DNA of 64,000 bases from Vicugna vicugna (Eukaryota). The notes under the pieces were generated by a model. The model was not told the DNA's origin and did not search any database. It saw only the letters and a program-made list of their open reading frames with translations. Within the stretch, counting starts at the first letter, position 1, and every line of letters starts with the position of its first letter. The DNA lies in assembly GCA_013265495.1 (NCBI GenBank), contig MU058584.1:685235-749234 (forward strand), written 5' to 3'. The position numbers and the translations under genes are program-made. Below are positions 1 to 12,918 of the stretch, in pieces.

Positions 1-371
1 CGCTCTGTGCCCGTTTAACTTAGTTCTGTCAGACAAGGGCTGCTCTGTACAGATCCGAGCCTCGGAGGCTCCCCCTCCGTCCCGCTGGCCTCTCAATTGG
101 AGAGGGGAGACCCAGCGAGCAAGCGCCAGTCCTCCTTTGCCGCTCCCTCCCCGCGGGACCCGTCCCGCGCTGCTTTGCCTTTTGTTCTTTCTTTTTTCCT
201 TTTCTCCTACCAGATTTTTGGCGTCTTTATCTTTTGAAGAGGGCGATGATCTGTTGGAGTTCCGCAGGTGCTCTGGTTGGCTGAGTGGGTCTGTAGATGT
301 GGGTCTTGGTGTATTTGTGGGAGAGGGTGACTTACAAGCGTCCTTCTACTCCGCCATCTTGCCCGGAAGTC
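1..371 (-). mobile_element. LINE-1 5' end/5'UTR (element continues left of window)
   Basis: Minus strand begins GACTTCCGGGCAAGATGGCGGAGTAG, the typical L1 5' terminus with a YY1 site (CGCCATCTTG at 352-361 on +). CpG-rich sequence switches abruptly to AT-rich flank at ~372. Confidence 0.75.
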
Positions 372-1589
372 TGACTCTTGATATTCTTATGTGTGAAATA
401 AAAAAGCTAAGGCACATTGACTTCCAAAAAAATCATGTCTAGTCCACACTGAACATTAGTGCTCTGTAACATACTACCATTCAATAGTTTCACTACATGA
501 ATTGTGAAACCCTAATGAATTTATGAACTTGTAGCTCACTTGATTCTCCCCTTTTTATGTTATATTTGCTTCCTATATCTGAGTCACTAGAATATTTCTC
601 TCATGCCCTTTTTGGTATCTATTATCTTTTGTCTAATTTATGTGTAAGTGAATTGTACCATTAGTTTCCAGTACCACACGTGTAAAATAAACACACATGC
701 AGAAAGTATCTTCCTAAGTGTGCAAAATTCTTCATTAGAAGCCTAATACAGGTAATCTTTATGGTCTATAAAAAAAGAATAAAATTTACATGTGAAAATC
801 ATATGTCTAATAATTTAAGTAGTTTTGAAGTAAAAGTAAAAATTTATAGAAAGTTGCCTAATTTAATAGTGTATGTTTCAGAATCAGCAGATTTTTCAAA
901 ATTCACTAAAACCATTTGTCTTTGAATTCTGTCTAAAGCCTTAGTAGTAACAACAACCAGAAGTCCACAAAAAAATCCTTGCTTTTGGTAAAGGTGCCTG
1001 CTGCAACCAAGTAGCAACTAATGAAGATTCCTTGTCTTGGGAGAGAAATCTTGGAGAAGAAAGTTTTCTTACATGGCCAATTTGGCAAGTTAAAAATCAT
1101 ATTAGTGGCATTAAAAACAAGATAATTTAAGAGTAATATCGTAGGTTCATGATCAGTTGAGGGTGGGAGGGAATCCATTTATTAAATCCTACCCATTTAA
1201 TAAAACACACCGACTAAATTTCAAACAAAACGGTCCAAGACGAGGCTCAAAGATAAAAAGAGAAGAGATTTTTCCCACCGCATCAGCTTAGTTTCTTGCC
1301 TACTACACCACCTGCCACTCTGGCTCTTGTCCTTCCTTACTCCCTGGGTCTTGCTGAGGGACTTCTGATGAATGCTTACCACCGTCCTAGAAAACAGAAC
1401 AGATGAGGTCATAGCACCATCTGTAGGTCCCAACCAGGAAGACAGTTTTATAGAATTCTTCAGTCTGATTCTCCCAAGCATTTTTGGGGTCACCACAGTA
1501 GATAATTCAAAATCCAGAAAAGAGTTACTAGCATCTATCGAGGGCTTCTTCTGTGTCAGGCAATATGCTAAGCTCCTTAAACACAGTAC

Positions 1590-1750
1590 TTCTTTTAGTC
1601 TCCATAGTAACCCAACGATGTTTTACGGTTGAGGAAACAGAGGTTTAGTCAGGAGAAGTCACTTGACCAAGGTCACACATGTGATGGCAAAGTGGTGAAT
1701 GCAGGATTAGAAGCCAGACAGTCCAACTGCAGAGCCTAAGCTTTCAGCCG
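1590..1750 (+). mobile_element. MIR SINE remnant
   Basis: MIR core-like words (tgaggaaacagagg...cacttgaccaaggtcacac...caggattagaagccagacagtc). Confidence 0.7.
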
Positions 1751-3189
1751 CCACCCTGGATGTCTTACTACATCATCCACGAAGAAATGGTATCGTCTGA
1801 CTGTCGGTTCTGCGGGGACCTGCTAAATGCTTGCAGGGCAGAGACTCTAGATGATGAATACTGAATATGCCAGAGATGCTTTCTTCGTGAGAAATTTTAT
1901 TGGCTAATTTACGGATTTTTCTCTTTAAGAATTTGCTAACCCTGCCCTTCCCCCAAATCCACATGCTCCAGTTAGGCAAGTTTAGTTCCTTCACCTGACT
2001 CCTTAAGGTAGACTCTGTTAACGCACCACGTGAAAGGCTGAAAGTCAGACCTTGGAGTTGTCCTGCTACCAGGTGGGGAGAGGGCTGAACGCTTTAGTAA
2101 GAGAGGAACAAGATTTCTCTGGGGGAAAAGAAAAAGTTCTGCTCCACCTTCATCCATCCTTATCATATTGAAGGACTGTTGCTATTCCTCATTAGGGTTG
2201 GGATGGGAATGGGTAGAGTAAAAATCTATCCTTTTCCACTGGACACCAATTAGGTTTCCTTGCCAAAATCTCATCAATGTGTTCTATATTATAATACAGC
2301 TCCAGCATAACCCAAACAAAACAAAATCCCCCCAAAATACCCCAAACCAAAAAAACCCCAAAATCTCAAACTGCTAACTCTCACTCTGCATCCATCCCTC
2401 TCCAAAAGAATAAGTATGATATAAAAATCTATTAAAAGATAGAACATTAAAATATATACTACCCATATTATACTAAGTAATGGTAATTTAGCAAGGATCG
2501 ATAGTTTAACATCACACATGAACTCATGAAACAAAAAGGGTTTAATGGAAACGTGCTCAGGCTGTAAGAATAAGAACAATAATTTATAAGTAAAATCTTA
2601 AATTTTCAGAAGAAAAGTTGTTAGCATTTGAAATAATAATGCAGCTCTTAGTGCAAATTAGTAATTAAGGCAGTGTCTGTGATACCAAGTAAATAGTGAC
2701 ACGTGATGATTTCTATCTCTCTTTTGTGACTTTCATTATTTCAGGATCAGGAATAAAAACACAACACTTTTGAATCTAGAGACAATTCTTAACTATATAT
2801 AACTGTTCGTGCAATTTCTGGATCATGAAGGCTCTTCATTTTCCTTGCTTTTTGCCGATTATGTTTTCACTGTTTATTAACTCTCCCACCAGAAGGTGGC
2901 GAACAGAGCAGAGAGGCTGAGAAGACCACATCACACAAATGTCACTGTCGGCGAAGGTGGCTTTTGTAAGAGCTGGTGCTGGCAGAGAAAGTGAGGAAGG
3001 AAAGATAGTGAAATGAATGGCCTGAAAGAGTGTTGAGAGTAGACTGTAGAAGACAAGAGTGGAAGCAGAGAGCCCAGTTAAGAGGTTGTTTCAATAATCT
3101 AGGCAAGAAGTGGTGGAGGCTTAGACCAAGCTGACAGCTTCAAGATAGTGCCCCCATGTTCAGTCTCACAATCTGTGATTTTCAATCTC

Positions 3190-3337
3190 CTCTGGGGTTG
3201 GTTGAATCTGCCAGACCCGCGGATATGGAGGGCAGCTGGGCTGAGCCATTTTTCTTAAGAGGCTTGGGCACCTGCAGATTTGGGTATCTACAGGGGTCCT
3301 GGAACCCACCCCTCCCGTGGATACCAAGGCACCACTG
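3190..3337. mobile_element. MER2/Tigger-type DNA transposon fragment
   Basis: ...ggtatctacaggggtcctggaacccacccctcccgtggataccaagg... resembles the MER2 end; family assigned from memory. Confidence 0.6.
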
Positions 3338-4579
3338 AATACCATTCCATTTAAACCCAAGTTCAGCATTTACTCTATTCCTGATTACAATACACTCTAT
3401 TTCAACAAGGTAGACTGAAACAAAATGCTTCTTTTTACTTACACTCTTCTAACATGTGAGTTGCTCAGAGTTCAACCATAGAGAGCTAGCAATTTACCTG
3501 CATGTCCTTTTTTACCTTAACCTTGGATCATAATGATATACATGTTTAATTCATTCAGTTAACTCCAAGGCATTTGAAAACAGAGTTCATTTCTATTCTG
3601 AAACTTCCTCTATTCAGGAACTAAGTTTCTTCGCCACTCCTCAGTTTCCCCACTTTGCCTTCCCCTTTATAAAGGCAAAGAACAGCTGTGCTCATCGCCT
3701 TAGAGGAGCCTGTGAGTTTTGATCTGATATTCCAAAAGTCCAAGCTCCCAAAAGATTAGTATGGACTTCAGATGTAGGGGGAAATGCTTGTTAGAAATAG
3801 CAGCACATGTGCAGAGCTCTCCCTACTCCAACCGTGAAAGGGCCATGCAGACAGAAATAAGGCATACTTCGATGGCAACCATTCAAGATGATGACTGATG
3901 ATACCAAAAAGCAGATGGCTCCTTAACGCCTCTACTTTGCACTACGTAAGCCACCCTACCTACCTGAAAACTTAGACAAAACCTGAGGAAAAGGGGATGG
4001 GAGCAAATTGTCCGAGGCTGAGTTTGTGCCACCATGTCTGAATGCAACTTGAAATAGAAGGAGCTGAATAACAGAAAAATAAGGAAGGCTACATTTATTA
4101 CACACCCTCGTTTATGCATTGAGATTCCTATTTGCTACCTTGATACTCAGAAAACATTTGTTGAATGAGTGAAATAATTGAATAAATAAGTGAAAAATTA
4201 AAATGTGTTGAAGATCCACGTTTGCCCAGTGTGGATGCTTTTTGATGAGTCAGCCACAAGCAAAGTAGACTAAGAGGAGCACAGAGGCCTGAGCATTCAG
4301 AATTACAGCCAATAGTGACCATGGGCGTGGAGGTGGTGGTAAACCCGTTGCTTTAGTACCTGGTGTATTTCCCTTGGGATCCCAGCTGTGAGGCATGTAG
4401 GCGGGGTTTTATTATCCTAGGTTCCCAGTGGTGAGGTAGGTGCCTCGAAAAGAAAAGGGCAGTTTGGTTTTAGGTAATGTGTGTGAAAGCGGTTAAAACT
4501 GGGCCTGGAGTAGTAAACTCAATAAAGTTTACCATCTCACCCTCCAGTCCTTTCCTCCAAACCTAATTCACCTAATCAA

Positions 4580-5170
4580 CTCTAGACCCCGCCCCTTCTG
4601 GGCCCGCCTCCTTCAGGCTGTAGGATTGGCTCTTCTTCCATTTCCGGCTTCTGAGACCCAGGAGCATACGGCTTCCGGTGTCATGGCGGCTTGAGGTCCC
4701 GGCAGTCGGTGAGGCGGCTGCAGGCCCCTCCCTGCGGAGCCGCTGGTCCGGCGGGCGGGGATGTGACCGCGGGCCCTGCCGGCCTGCCCCGGGCGTCGCG
4801 TCAGCTCCGTGTCAGTGCCCTCAGTCCACACCGATGGCGGGATCCGGCTGCGCGTGGGGTGCGGAGCCGCCGCGGTTTCTGGAAGCCTTCGGGCGGCTGT
4901 GGCAGGTACAGAGCCGCCTGGGTAGCGGCTCCTCGGCCTCGGTGTACCGGGTGCGCTGCTGCGGCACCCCCGGCTCGCCCCCCGGCGCCCTCAAGCAGTT
5001 CTTACCGCCGGGAACCACCGGGGCAGCGGCCTCGGCCGCGGAGTACGGTTTCCGCAAAGAGAGGGCGGCGCTGGAGCAGTTGCAGGGTCACAGGAACATC
5101 GGTAATTGCCGCTGTCTCCCTTCTCTTCGTGCCCGGGTCCCTGTCCAGGCATACACTCCCTCTCAGCCTG
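4580..5170 (+). promoter_or_regulatory. UHMK1: UHMK1 CpG-island promoter/exon 1
   Basis: CpG/GC-rich; GC box ccccgcccc at 4587-4595, inverted CCAAT (attgg ~4625), ETS sites ttccgg (~4642, ~4673), YY1-like atggcgg at 4683; no TATA box. Confidence 0.85.
4834..5101 (+). CDS. UHMK1: Ser/Thr kinase Kist (U2AF homology motif kinase 1), coding exon 1
   Basis: MAGSGCAWGAEPPRFLEAFGRLWQVQSRLGSGSSASVYRV...GALKQF; Gly-rich loop and catalytic Lys; donor G|GTAATT; 268 nt. Confidence 0.98.
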
Positions 5171-6411
5171 GCGCTCCGTCTTCAGGCGAGAGAAGTGGGT
5201 CTGGCTCTCTCTCTCTCTCTCTCTCGGTCCAGGGCCCTTTACCATCCCCCTTCGGTTGTTTACTGTCTGCAGTACCGTGGAGTTGGTGGTCTGCTTTGCC
5301 CAGTGTCATTATAGTAGATGCTAAGTTCTGTTTTGCATCAGTTCTCACTGAAGAATGCTGCCCCTATTAGCACAGAGAATAGGAGGCAGAGCTTTACTAG
5401 ATGGTCATGTTTTGTACGGAAATTTCTAAATCTTTCCTTACCAGAGAAAATGGGAAATATTTCTAGTACTTGTGACGTCAGTGCTGATAACTCATGTAGA
5501 TGTTACTTGATACGTATTTAGTATGGATTTGGAGAAATGACTCCTAAATTTTACATAGGAGTCCTTATGGCAGTGTGAAAATTATGCTGATACATCTGCA
5601 CTTTATGCTTTTACCCAGGTGAGACCATGTTTCATAATTCAGATATTCAGAATGTAAAATATGTAATGATTACTAATGATTGAACTGTGAAAACCCAACA
5701 GAGAGCTTGTAATTATTTATGGCTTTGGCTAGTAAATGTCTTCCTAGCAAGCATGATCCATATTTTATTTGAAGAGTGACCTTTTTGTTTACCATTTTGG
5801 AAAAGAATTTCTTAACACTAGTGTTGCTGTTTTCTTTCTTTCTTTCTTTAAGGGTTGCCAAATGGTGTATGTAACCCTGGTATTTAAAAGGACTTTTTTT
5901 TTTTTAGTTTTTACAGGCCTAAGAACTTGTTGAATCTCTACAAGATTAGATTAAAATATCATCTTGAAAGTCTTGATCTCTCCTTTTAATATTTATATTA
6001 TAGAATGCTGTTTTGGATCAAGAACCAATCTTCAAGTTTGCTTTTGCATGTTGTGACTTTTGCCTTGAGAGTACTTAGTATTTGGATATTTCTTCTGATC
6101 ATTTTTGCTTGGCACCCTAAGTGCATATTCACCCACCACTGAGTGCTTGGTGAAACACAGTTTGGCTTATTGTGCCATATTTAATATCTTTGAATAGTGA
6201 TCCGCTGTTGAAGGTCATCTCATCTTACCTTATTAAAATGGAATAACCCAGTTGCCCAAAAAGCTTACTCATGGGAAAAATAAATTACAGTGAGAGCTTG
6301 CTTGCTCATCAGAGTTATCCTTATCTGGACTATCCCAAATCTGTATCTGCTTTAGTAGTCACTTACTCTGAGTCTGGTTTTTAAAATATTACAATTTGTT
6401 TCTTTTTCTAG

Positions 6412-6704
6412 TGACTTTATATGGAGTCTTTACAATCCACTTCTCTCCGAATGTGCCATCACGCTGTCTGTTGCTTGAACTCCTGGATGTCAGTGTTTCG
6501 GAATTGCTTTTATATTCCAGTCACCAGGGTTGTTCCATGTGGATGATACAGCATTGTGCCAGAGATGTTCTAGAGGCCCTTGCTTTTCTTCATCATGAGG
6601 GTTATGTCCACGCAGACCTCAAACCACGTAATATATTGTGGAGTGCCGAGAATGAATGTTTTAAGCTCATTGACTTTGGACTTAGCTTCAAAGAAGGCAA
6701 TCAG
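6412..6704 (+). CDS. UHMK1: UHMK1 exon 2
   Basis: ctag|TG...CAG|gtaaga; HADLKPRN catalytic loop and DFG; 293 nt, phase-consistent. Confidence 0.98.
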
Positions 6705-7335
6705 GTAAGATATGCTTTCTCTCCCTACCCCGACAATGGTCTAAGCCAAATATTTTTAAATAACAGATGATTTAGTAGAGACTTAAGAGATATTTCTATC
6801 TAAAATACTGAAATGCCTGGGAATGAAACAAATAAAAAGAATTTCATAGCCATACTCATGTTAAAAAAGGATATATGTTTGGGTCAGGTCAAGGGGGAGC
6901 TATAGTACAAGAGGGCTCTGAAATTATTAAAAATACTTTATCTATATAGAATGCTTTTTTTTTCTTTGAGCATTTGGTTAATTGCTGAGTTACTGTTCAG
7001 TGTTGGGGCTCTCTCTAATGGCAGAACACATGTGAGAGTTCTGGCAAACACTCCATTCTCCATAGTTTATCGGCTCTTTGCAGAGTGTCCTTATTTATCA
7101 GCAGTGCCTACCAGGCAAGACATTACCCAAAGAAACGAGCACTTTTGTGTGGAAAGTGGACAGCTGGCCTGTGAGAACTGCTCAGTTAATGAACCAAAGA
7201 ATTGTGGTAGCCGAGGACCAAAAAATTTGGCATTCAGTTTGGCTCACTGCACTTTTAGAGAGGTGAATACACTGTAAAGATGGATGGAAAATGGGCAGGT
7301 TTTTATTGGTTATAACACTTACTCATCTTCTTTAG

Positions 7336-7527
7336 GATGTAAAGTATATTCAGACAGACGGGTATCGGGCTCCGGAAGCAGAACTGCAGAATTGCTTGGC
7401 CCAGGCTGGCCTGCAGAGTGACACAGAATGTACCTCAGCTGTGGATCTGTGGAGCCTAGGAATCATTTTACTGGAAATGTTCTCAGGAATGAAACTGAAA
7501 CATACAGTCAGATCTCAGGAATGGAAG
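7336..7527 (+). CDS. UHMK1: UHMK1 exon 3
   Basis: ttag|GAT GTA AAG...AAG|gtaaac; YIQTDGYRAPE and DLWSLG; 192 nt. Confidence 0.97.
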
Positions 7528-9474
7528 GTAAACTACACCAGTGTTTTGCTTTGAGGTCCTTAATCCCAGTTTGAGAGTACGCAGTTTACAGTGATTCTTA
7601 CTGAGGACTCTGCCTCATCTCCGCAGTATTCCTCTTCCTGCATTTACGTTGCCTTCATTGCCACTCCTCGCTCCCGGAGCTGCAGACATGCTGGGGAGTG
7701 TGGCGTGCTCACTGTTCCTAGCCTGAGGCATATCGTGAGTGCTTGATAAAATGTTTGAATCGATGCGTTTTCCTGAAGAAGCAAAAGTGATTTATTTTGT
7801 TTAGTCATGTAGTTATATTACCTTCCAAAATATTACTAATATAATAATATTCTGTGAGGACTGTTAGAGTGGATATTGGTTATTCTTTTAAAACTGAAGG
7901 CACAGATAATGTAAAACCACTTGCTCCAGATCATACAACTGTATGTTCTAGGCCCCAGATTCTGTTCCTCCTACTCAAAGTGCAGTGTTCTGTCCATGGT
8001 TCTACACTGCTCCATATTTATATGTACTCCATATGTGAACTGTCCGATAAAGTGACGACTGCTCATAACATTGTTTCTTTGGGAACATGGGTTCTAAGTT
8101 CCAAACCTCTGACATGAGAATTAACTTTTTGTATGTTCATGAGTTAGGAATTAACTGCATTATGTCTTCAAACATATTGGGGCTTTAATGTTGTGGTGAT
8201 GTCAGTATCCCTTAGGCCAGAGGTTTGATAAACAGTGCAATGTTTAGGACTTATCACTGGTTTTGATATTAAGCACATTTTTTTGAGCATCTAATACATA
8301 GTGTGTGGCTGTTATACCGTACAGGGTTTTGTTTCTTTTAAACCTCTAGTCATTGATACCTGGTGAAGCAATTCTTAGAAGGAATACTTTGATGGCCTAG
8401 TGGGTGTATCTGATGTTTACTTTTGGCATTAAAAGTGCTGCCATGTGAGTAAAACCGGTGTCATTCTTTATCATGAGTACTCCCAGTCTACTGTTCTTTC
8501 TCTAGTGCTAATACAGATACCGATCAGTCACCTGCATTAGCTTTGACTAGCTCTGAGCTCTTGGACTATTTCTGCATGGACCAGAGCTGATCAGAGCTGG
8601 GTCACACTTAGGTATTTTTGTGTGTGTGTGAAATTTGGAGACACGATGTGTACTGGGGGGGGGATCGCCAACATGCTGTCCCTAGATAAGAGCTATTCGT
8701 TATTCTATATTTTATCACTTTCTATGGAGGCAGAATTGCTAAATATGAGCATAGGCTCTGAAGTCAAATCTTTAGGGTTCATACCTGGCCTTCACCTCTC
8801 ACTTAGTTATTTAATATTACTAAGCCATGGTTTACTTTCTGTAAAATGAGGATCATAACAGCATATGTCTCATAAGATTATTGAGGTTAATTAAAAAAAA
8901 GGACACCTAGTTCTTAGCCTAGCGTGTGGCCTGTGGTAAGTATTCGGTAAGGTTTAGTGATAACGATGGTATCGGGTCTTTTCGCTCACGTATACATTTG
9001 CATAGTACTCAGGAAGAAAATGTTGTGTTCCACAAGGATTTAGGGTATGAATAATGCGACAGATGCAGTTTTTAAATACCACCCTGTTTTCTCTTTGACA
9101 GTTTATTTTATATCTATCTGAAAACCATTTGAAGGTTCATCACTAGGACACTCTGACCCATCTCCCACATATTTACTTTCTCACTTTGCATTAAACTATA
9201 TACATATCTCTCTGGTTGTTTTGGTATTTGTTTCTTTATTCATTCATATAGTAAATGTGCATAGAGTGCCAGATATTAAGAATGGAGAAAAAAATGTTCC
9301 TCTTCTCTAGAAGTTTATAATAACGTACATAATCTCCTCCATTAGTATTGTCAGCTCTCAGAAGGGTGTTTTCTGTTACATTTAACTTACCAAGCAGTTC
9401 AGTGCTGTGTGCCCAGTACTCAATAAATAGACTGAGTTGAATAACCAAAGGAAGGCTTTTTTCTGTCTTTTTAG

Positions 9475-9569
9475 GCGAACAGTTCTGCTATTATTGATCA
9501 CATATTTGCCAGTAAAGCAGTGGTGAATGCCGCAATTCCAGCCTATCACCTAAGAGACCTTATCAAAAG
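9475..9569 (+). CDS. UHMK1: UHMK1 exon 4
   Basis: ttag|GCG AAC...AAAAG|gtacgt; ANSSAIIDHIFASKAVVNAAIPAYHLRDLIK; 95 nt. Confidence 0.96.
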
Positions 9570-12033
9570 GTACGTTACATGTACTTTAAAACTTGCTTTT
9601 CTGCGTTTGCTGTATGAAGCTTTTCTTCCCTGAATGGACTTATATTATTATTTCTGATTTGCTTAATCATGTAGAGGTTTTATTCCCTTAGAATTAAAAA
9701 TCTTACTTTAGATATTTTATACAGGTTAGCTTCCTATAAGAAACAAAGTGATCAAATTGTTTTACTAAATTTATTTTCAAAGGAATGTTCCTTCTTTCAT
9801 GGTGAATACCAGATACTAGGTTCTTCCTAGCAGCCATTTATTCAGTGGAAGATGAATGGTGGGCCACTGTACTTTTGGCCTTTCATAGCACTGGCTGTTT
9901 TGTAAACTTGATGGAAAATAGATTTTTTAAGAGAGTCATTATTAACTAAAGTCTACGTTTGCTTTGGACTACTAAAAAGAAAGTTTCAAATTATACTTTA
10001 AATAATTATCATTGGAAACTTTGGGGACAGATACAGTGTTTCTGATTTCTGAGTAAATCCAATCATAATAGATATTTTAAAATAAACAATATGTGTTATC
10101 AAATAGTTGTCTTTTCACATTTCTGGCTTTGTGGGCTAGAAATGAATAAAATATTTAGTATGCTGCAAAAGGGTAGATCTCTTGATCAAGTCAGAGTATT
10201 ATTGTTTCTTTGGAATACTGACCTTATATATCTTCCAATCAGTTTTTTTTAAACTTAAACTCCTTATTTTGAAATAATTACAGATTCACGGGAAGTTGCA
10301 AAAATGTTACAGAGATATACGTGTACCCTTTACCCAGTTTCTCCTAGTGGCAATATCTTGCATAACTGTAGTACAATATCAGAATAAGAAAATTGACATT
10401 ACAGTCCACGGAGTTCAGATCTCACCAGTTTTGCTTGCACTTATTTGTGTGTGTTTGTGTGTGTGTTTTACAAATGACAGTAGTTTTAAATAGCTGTTAG
10501 TATCTGATTGATATTAGATATGACATGTTGCATTTTATATTGAAAAGAGGCAGTGTAAAATTATATGATGGATTCTAGGATGGAAGTAAATCTCCTAAGT
10601 TGTAGTTTTGACTTTGTTATTTGGATTTTTCCTCCCCTTCTGTAGCTAAGTAATACTAGATTTGGATGCTACAGAAAATTGTGATGAGGAAAATAAAAAT
10701 TGTACACCCACTTTCTAGTGTTTGCACTTCAGTGTATTTCTTTTCAGTATTTTTCTTCGTATTTTGTTGTGCATGCATGCAAATTATTTGAGCCTTTTTT
10801 TTTTAACTGTGGAGTAAAACACAGATACTGAAAACAAATATGTAGTTTAATGAATGTTTAGGAATACTCTTGTATCCACCATTCAGGTTAGAAATAGAAC
10901 TTTACCAGCTACTCCAGAAGTCCTCTGTGCATCCCATTCTAATATCAAGCCCCTTCTTTCTCCATAAAAGTAACCGCTACCCTGACTTTCATGGTAATTA
11001 CTTCCTTGTTTTCATTATAGTGTTATTACTTATGTGTGCATTCCTAAACACTATGGTTTAGTGTTGCTCTTTTATTAAAAGAAAAATCCCTTTTAAGTTT
11101 CTCCTACTCTAAAAGGTCCCTTTCCGTCTCCTGCCCTCCTGTTCCCTTATTTGTAAGTCTGCACATAATATGGCCATCTCCATTTTATGTGTTCACAACT
11201 GTTAATATTCAGTGCCTAGATCCATTACTTTGTTAGGAGTTATAGAATGGTGATGTTCTTATTCTGTCATTTTCTGTTCATTTGACTAACTGAAGGCAAA
11301 ATAAATGCCTGATTCTCTTTATTTACTAATTTTCATAATGAGTTGATTCCCAGTCATCTTCCAAAGGAGATCATCCCCTTTTTGAAAGGTCAAAGTACCA
11401 TTATCATTAGCTAATATGTTATTAAATATATTTGGTATATTTCTGTCCATTGCAGTTGTTATCCTAATTGAAGTGGAAATTGTCCCATATTTGATGAATG
11501 TGAGACTCTGAAAGTTGGTTTTGGCAGACCTTATCTTTGACAGCTTCTTTGCTATCTGGCGTGATAAGATGTTCCCAGCTCATCTTACACATTTTCTGCC
11601 CCAGACCTGGAAGGAGGCATTTCTCCAAGAAGCCTAGTTGCTTTTAGTAGGAAATGGTCTTTTAAAACAGCAGTCTGGGTATTAGGAGTATTCATTGCTA
11701 CTGAGGTGGTCATTGTTTTTAGGCCTTTTAAGTACACAGAGTTCATACTGATATTTCCAATTCAAATTCAAGACCACGGTGTTATATAACACTCTCTGTT
11801 TTCAAACACTCTCATTTATCTTAGTTCTACATGTAATTAGATATTTAATGTTCACCACTGGTCCTTGTGTTGTTGTCTGTCTAATTTTAGTTTACTAAAG
11901 ATTGATCTCTCCATCAAAGGATTAATATTCTCTGAGTTCTTGCATATTAATAATAGTTAAACTGTGCTTAAATTCTGTTTGGGTATGAACATTATTGACA
12001 TACATTTTTCTTTTGAGTATCTTAAATATATTA

Positions 12034-12269
12034 CAATTGACCCTTGAACAACATGGGTTTGAACTGTGAGTCCATTTATACATGGATTTTTTTCAATGGT
12101 AAATAGTGTAGTACTTCACAATCTGCGGTGGGTTGAACCTGTGGGGGCAGAACCGTGGATACAGAGGAACTGTGGGTATGGAGGGCTGGCTATAAGTTAT
12201 ATGGATTTTCTACTGCAAGGAAGAGGGGGTGCCCCTAACCCCCACGTTGTTCTGTTCAAGGGTCAACTG
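12034..12269. mobile_element. MER8/Tigger-family MITE
   Basis: Terminal inverted repeats caattgacccttgaaca ... tgttcaagggtcaactg; 236 bp; preceded by TA. Confidence 0.8.
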
Positions 12270-12767
12270 TGCTATGTTTTCTTCTAACAAAGAGTGTTGG
12301 TGTGGAAAACAGTGCGGATGACACTTCAGTTGTCTTTATATTAGAAGTCATTTTGTCTTTTTGCCTAGCTGTCCAAAGGATTTCATGTTTTTCTTAAAAG
12401 GCTGGTGACTTCTACCAGAATAATAGATTTTCATTGTTCTGGGTCAATATTCTCAGGAAAATATGTAGTTTCAGATTTTTTGTGTGTGTTAGGAAAATAT
12501 TCTTAAGGTTTTTAGTGCTCTGTTCCTTTGCTTTGGTTTTCTCCTTCAGGCACTCTTAATCTACATATGCTGAATTCTCTTTGGCTCTGTTCAGTATTAT
12601 CACTTTCTCTTAAATCTTTTTTATCTATTTCATTATTGTTTAGATTTAAACAAAATTTCTCCTTTCTACCTTCTGTTTATGTCTCTCTTTTTTTTTAAAT
12701 GCCTTTATTTGCTACCTTTTTTGAAACGTATATTCACCGGTCACAGAATTCAGAGTTGACATTTTTT

Positions 12768-12804
12768 GGGGGGAGGATGTTACTAGGTTTGATTGATTTA
12801 TTTA

Positions 12805-12836
<32 letters not shown>

Positions 12837-12918
12837 GTTATTTTAATGGAGGTACTGGGTATTGAACCCAGGACCTCGTGCATGCTAAGCACATGCTGTA
12901 CCACTGAGCTATACCCTC
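12768..12918 (-). mobile_element. tRNA-derived SINE (camelid Vic-1-like)
   Basis: Reverse complement reads gagggtatagctcagtggtacagc...gtcctgggttcaatacccagtacctcc (A and B boxes); tail with (TTAC)n/(TTTA)n; same family as the copy at 33388. Confidence 0.8.

Noticed and set aside
4321..4366. Possible alternative upstream coding exon of UHMK1
   Set aside because: The ATG frame stops at codon 12 (TAG) and there is no convincing donor.
4613..5370. Long overlapping ORFs on both strands around UHMK1 exon 1
   Set aside because: GC-rich CpG island with few stops; only 4834-5101 is coding.
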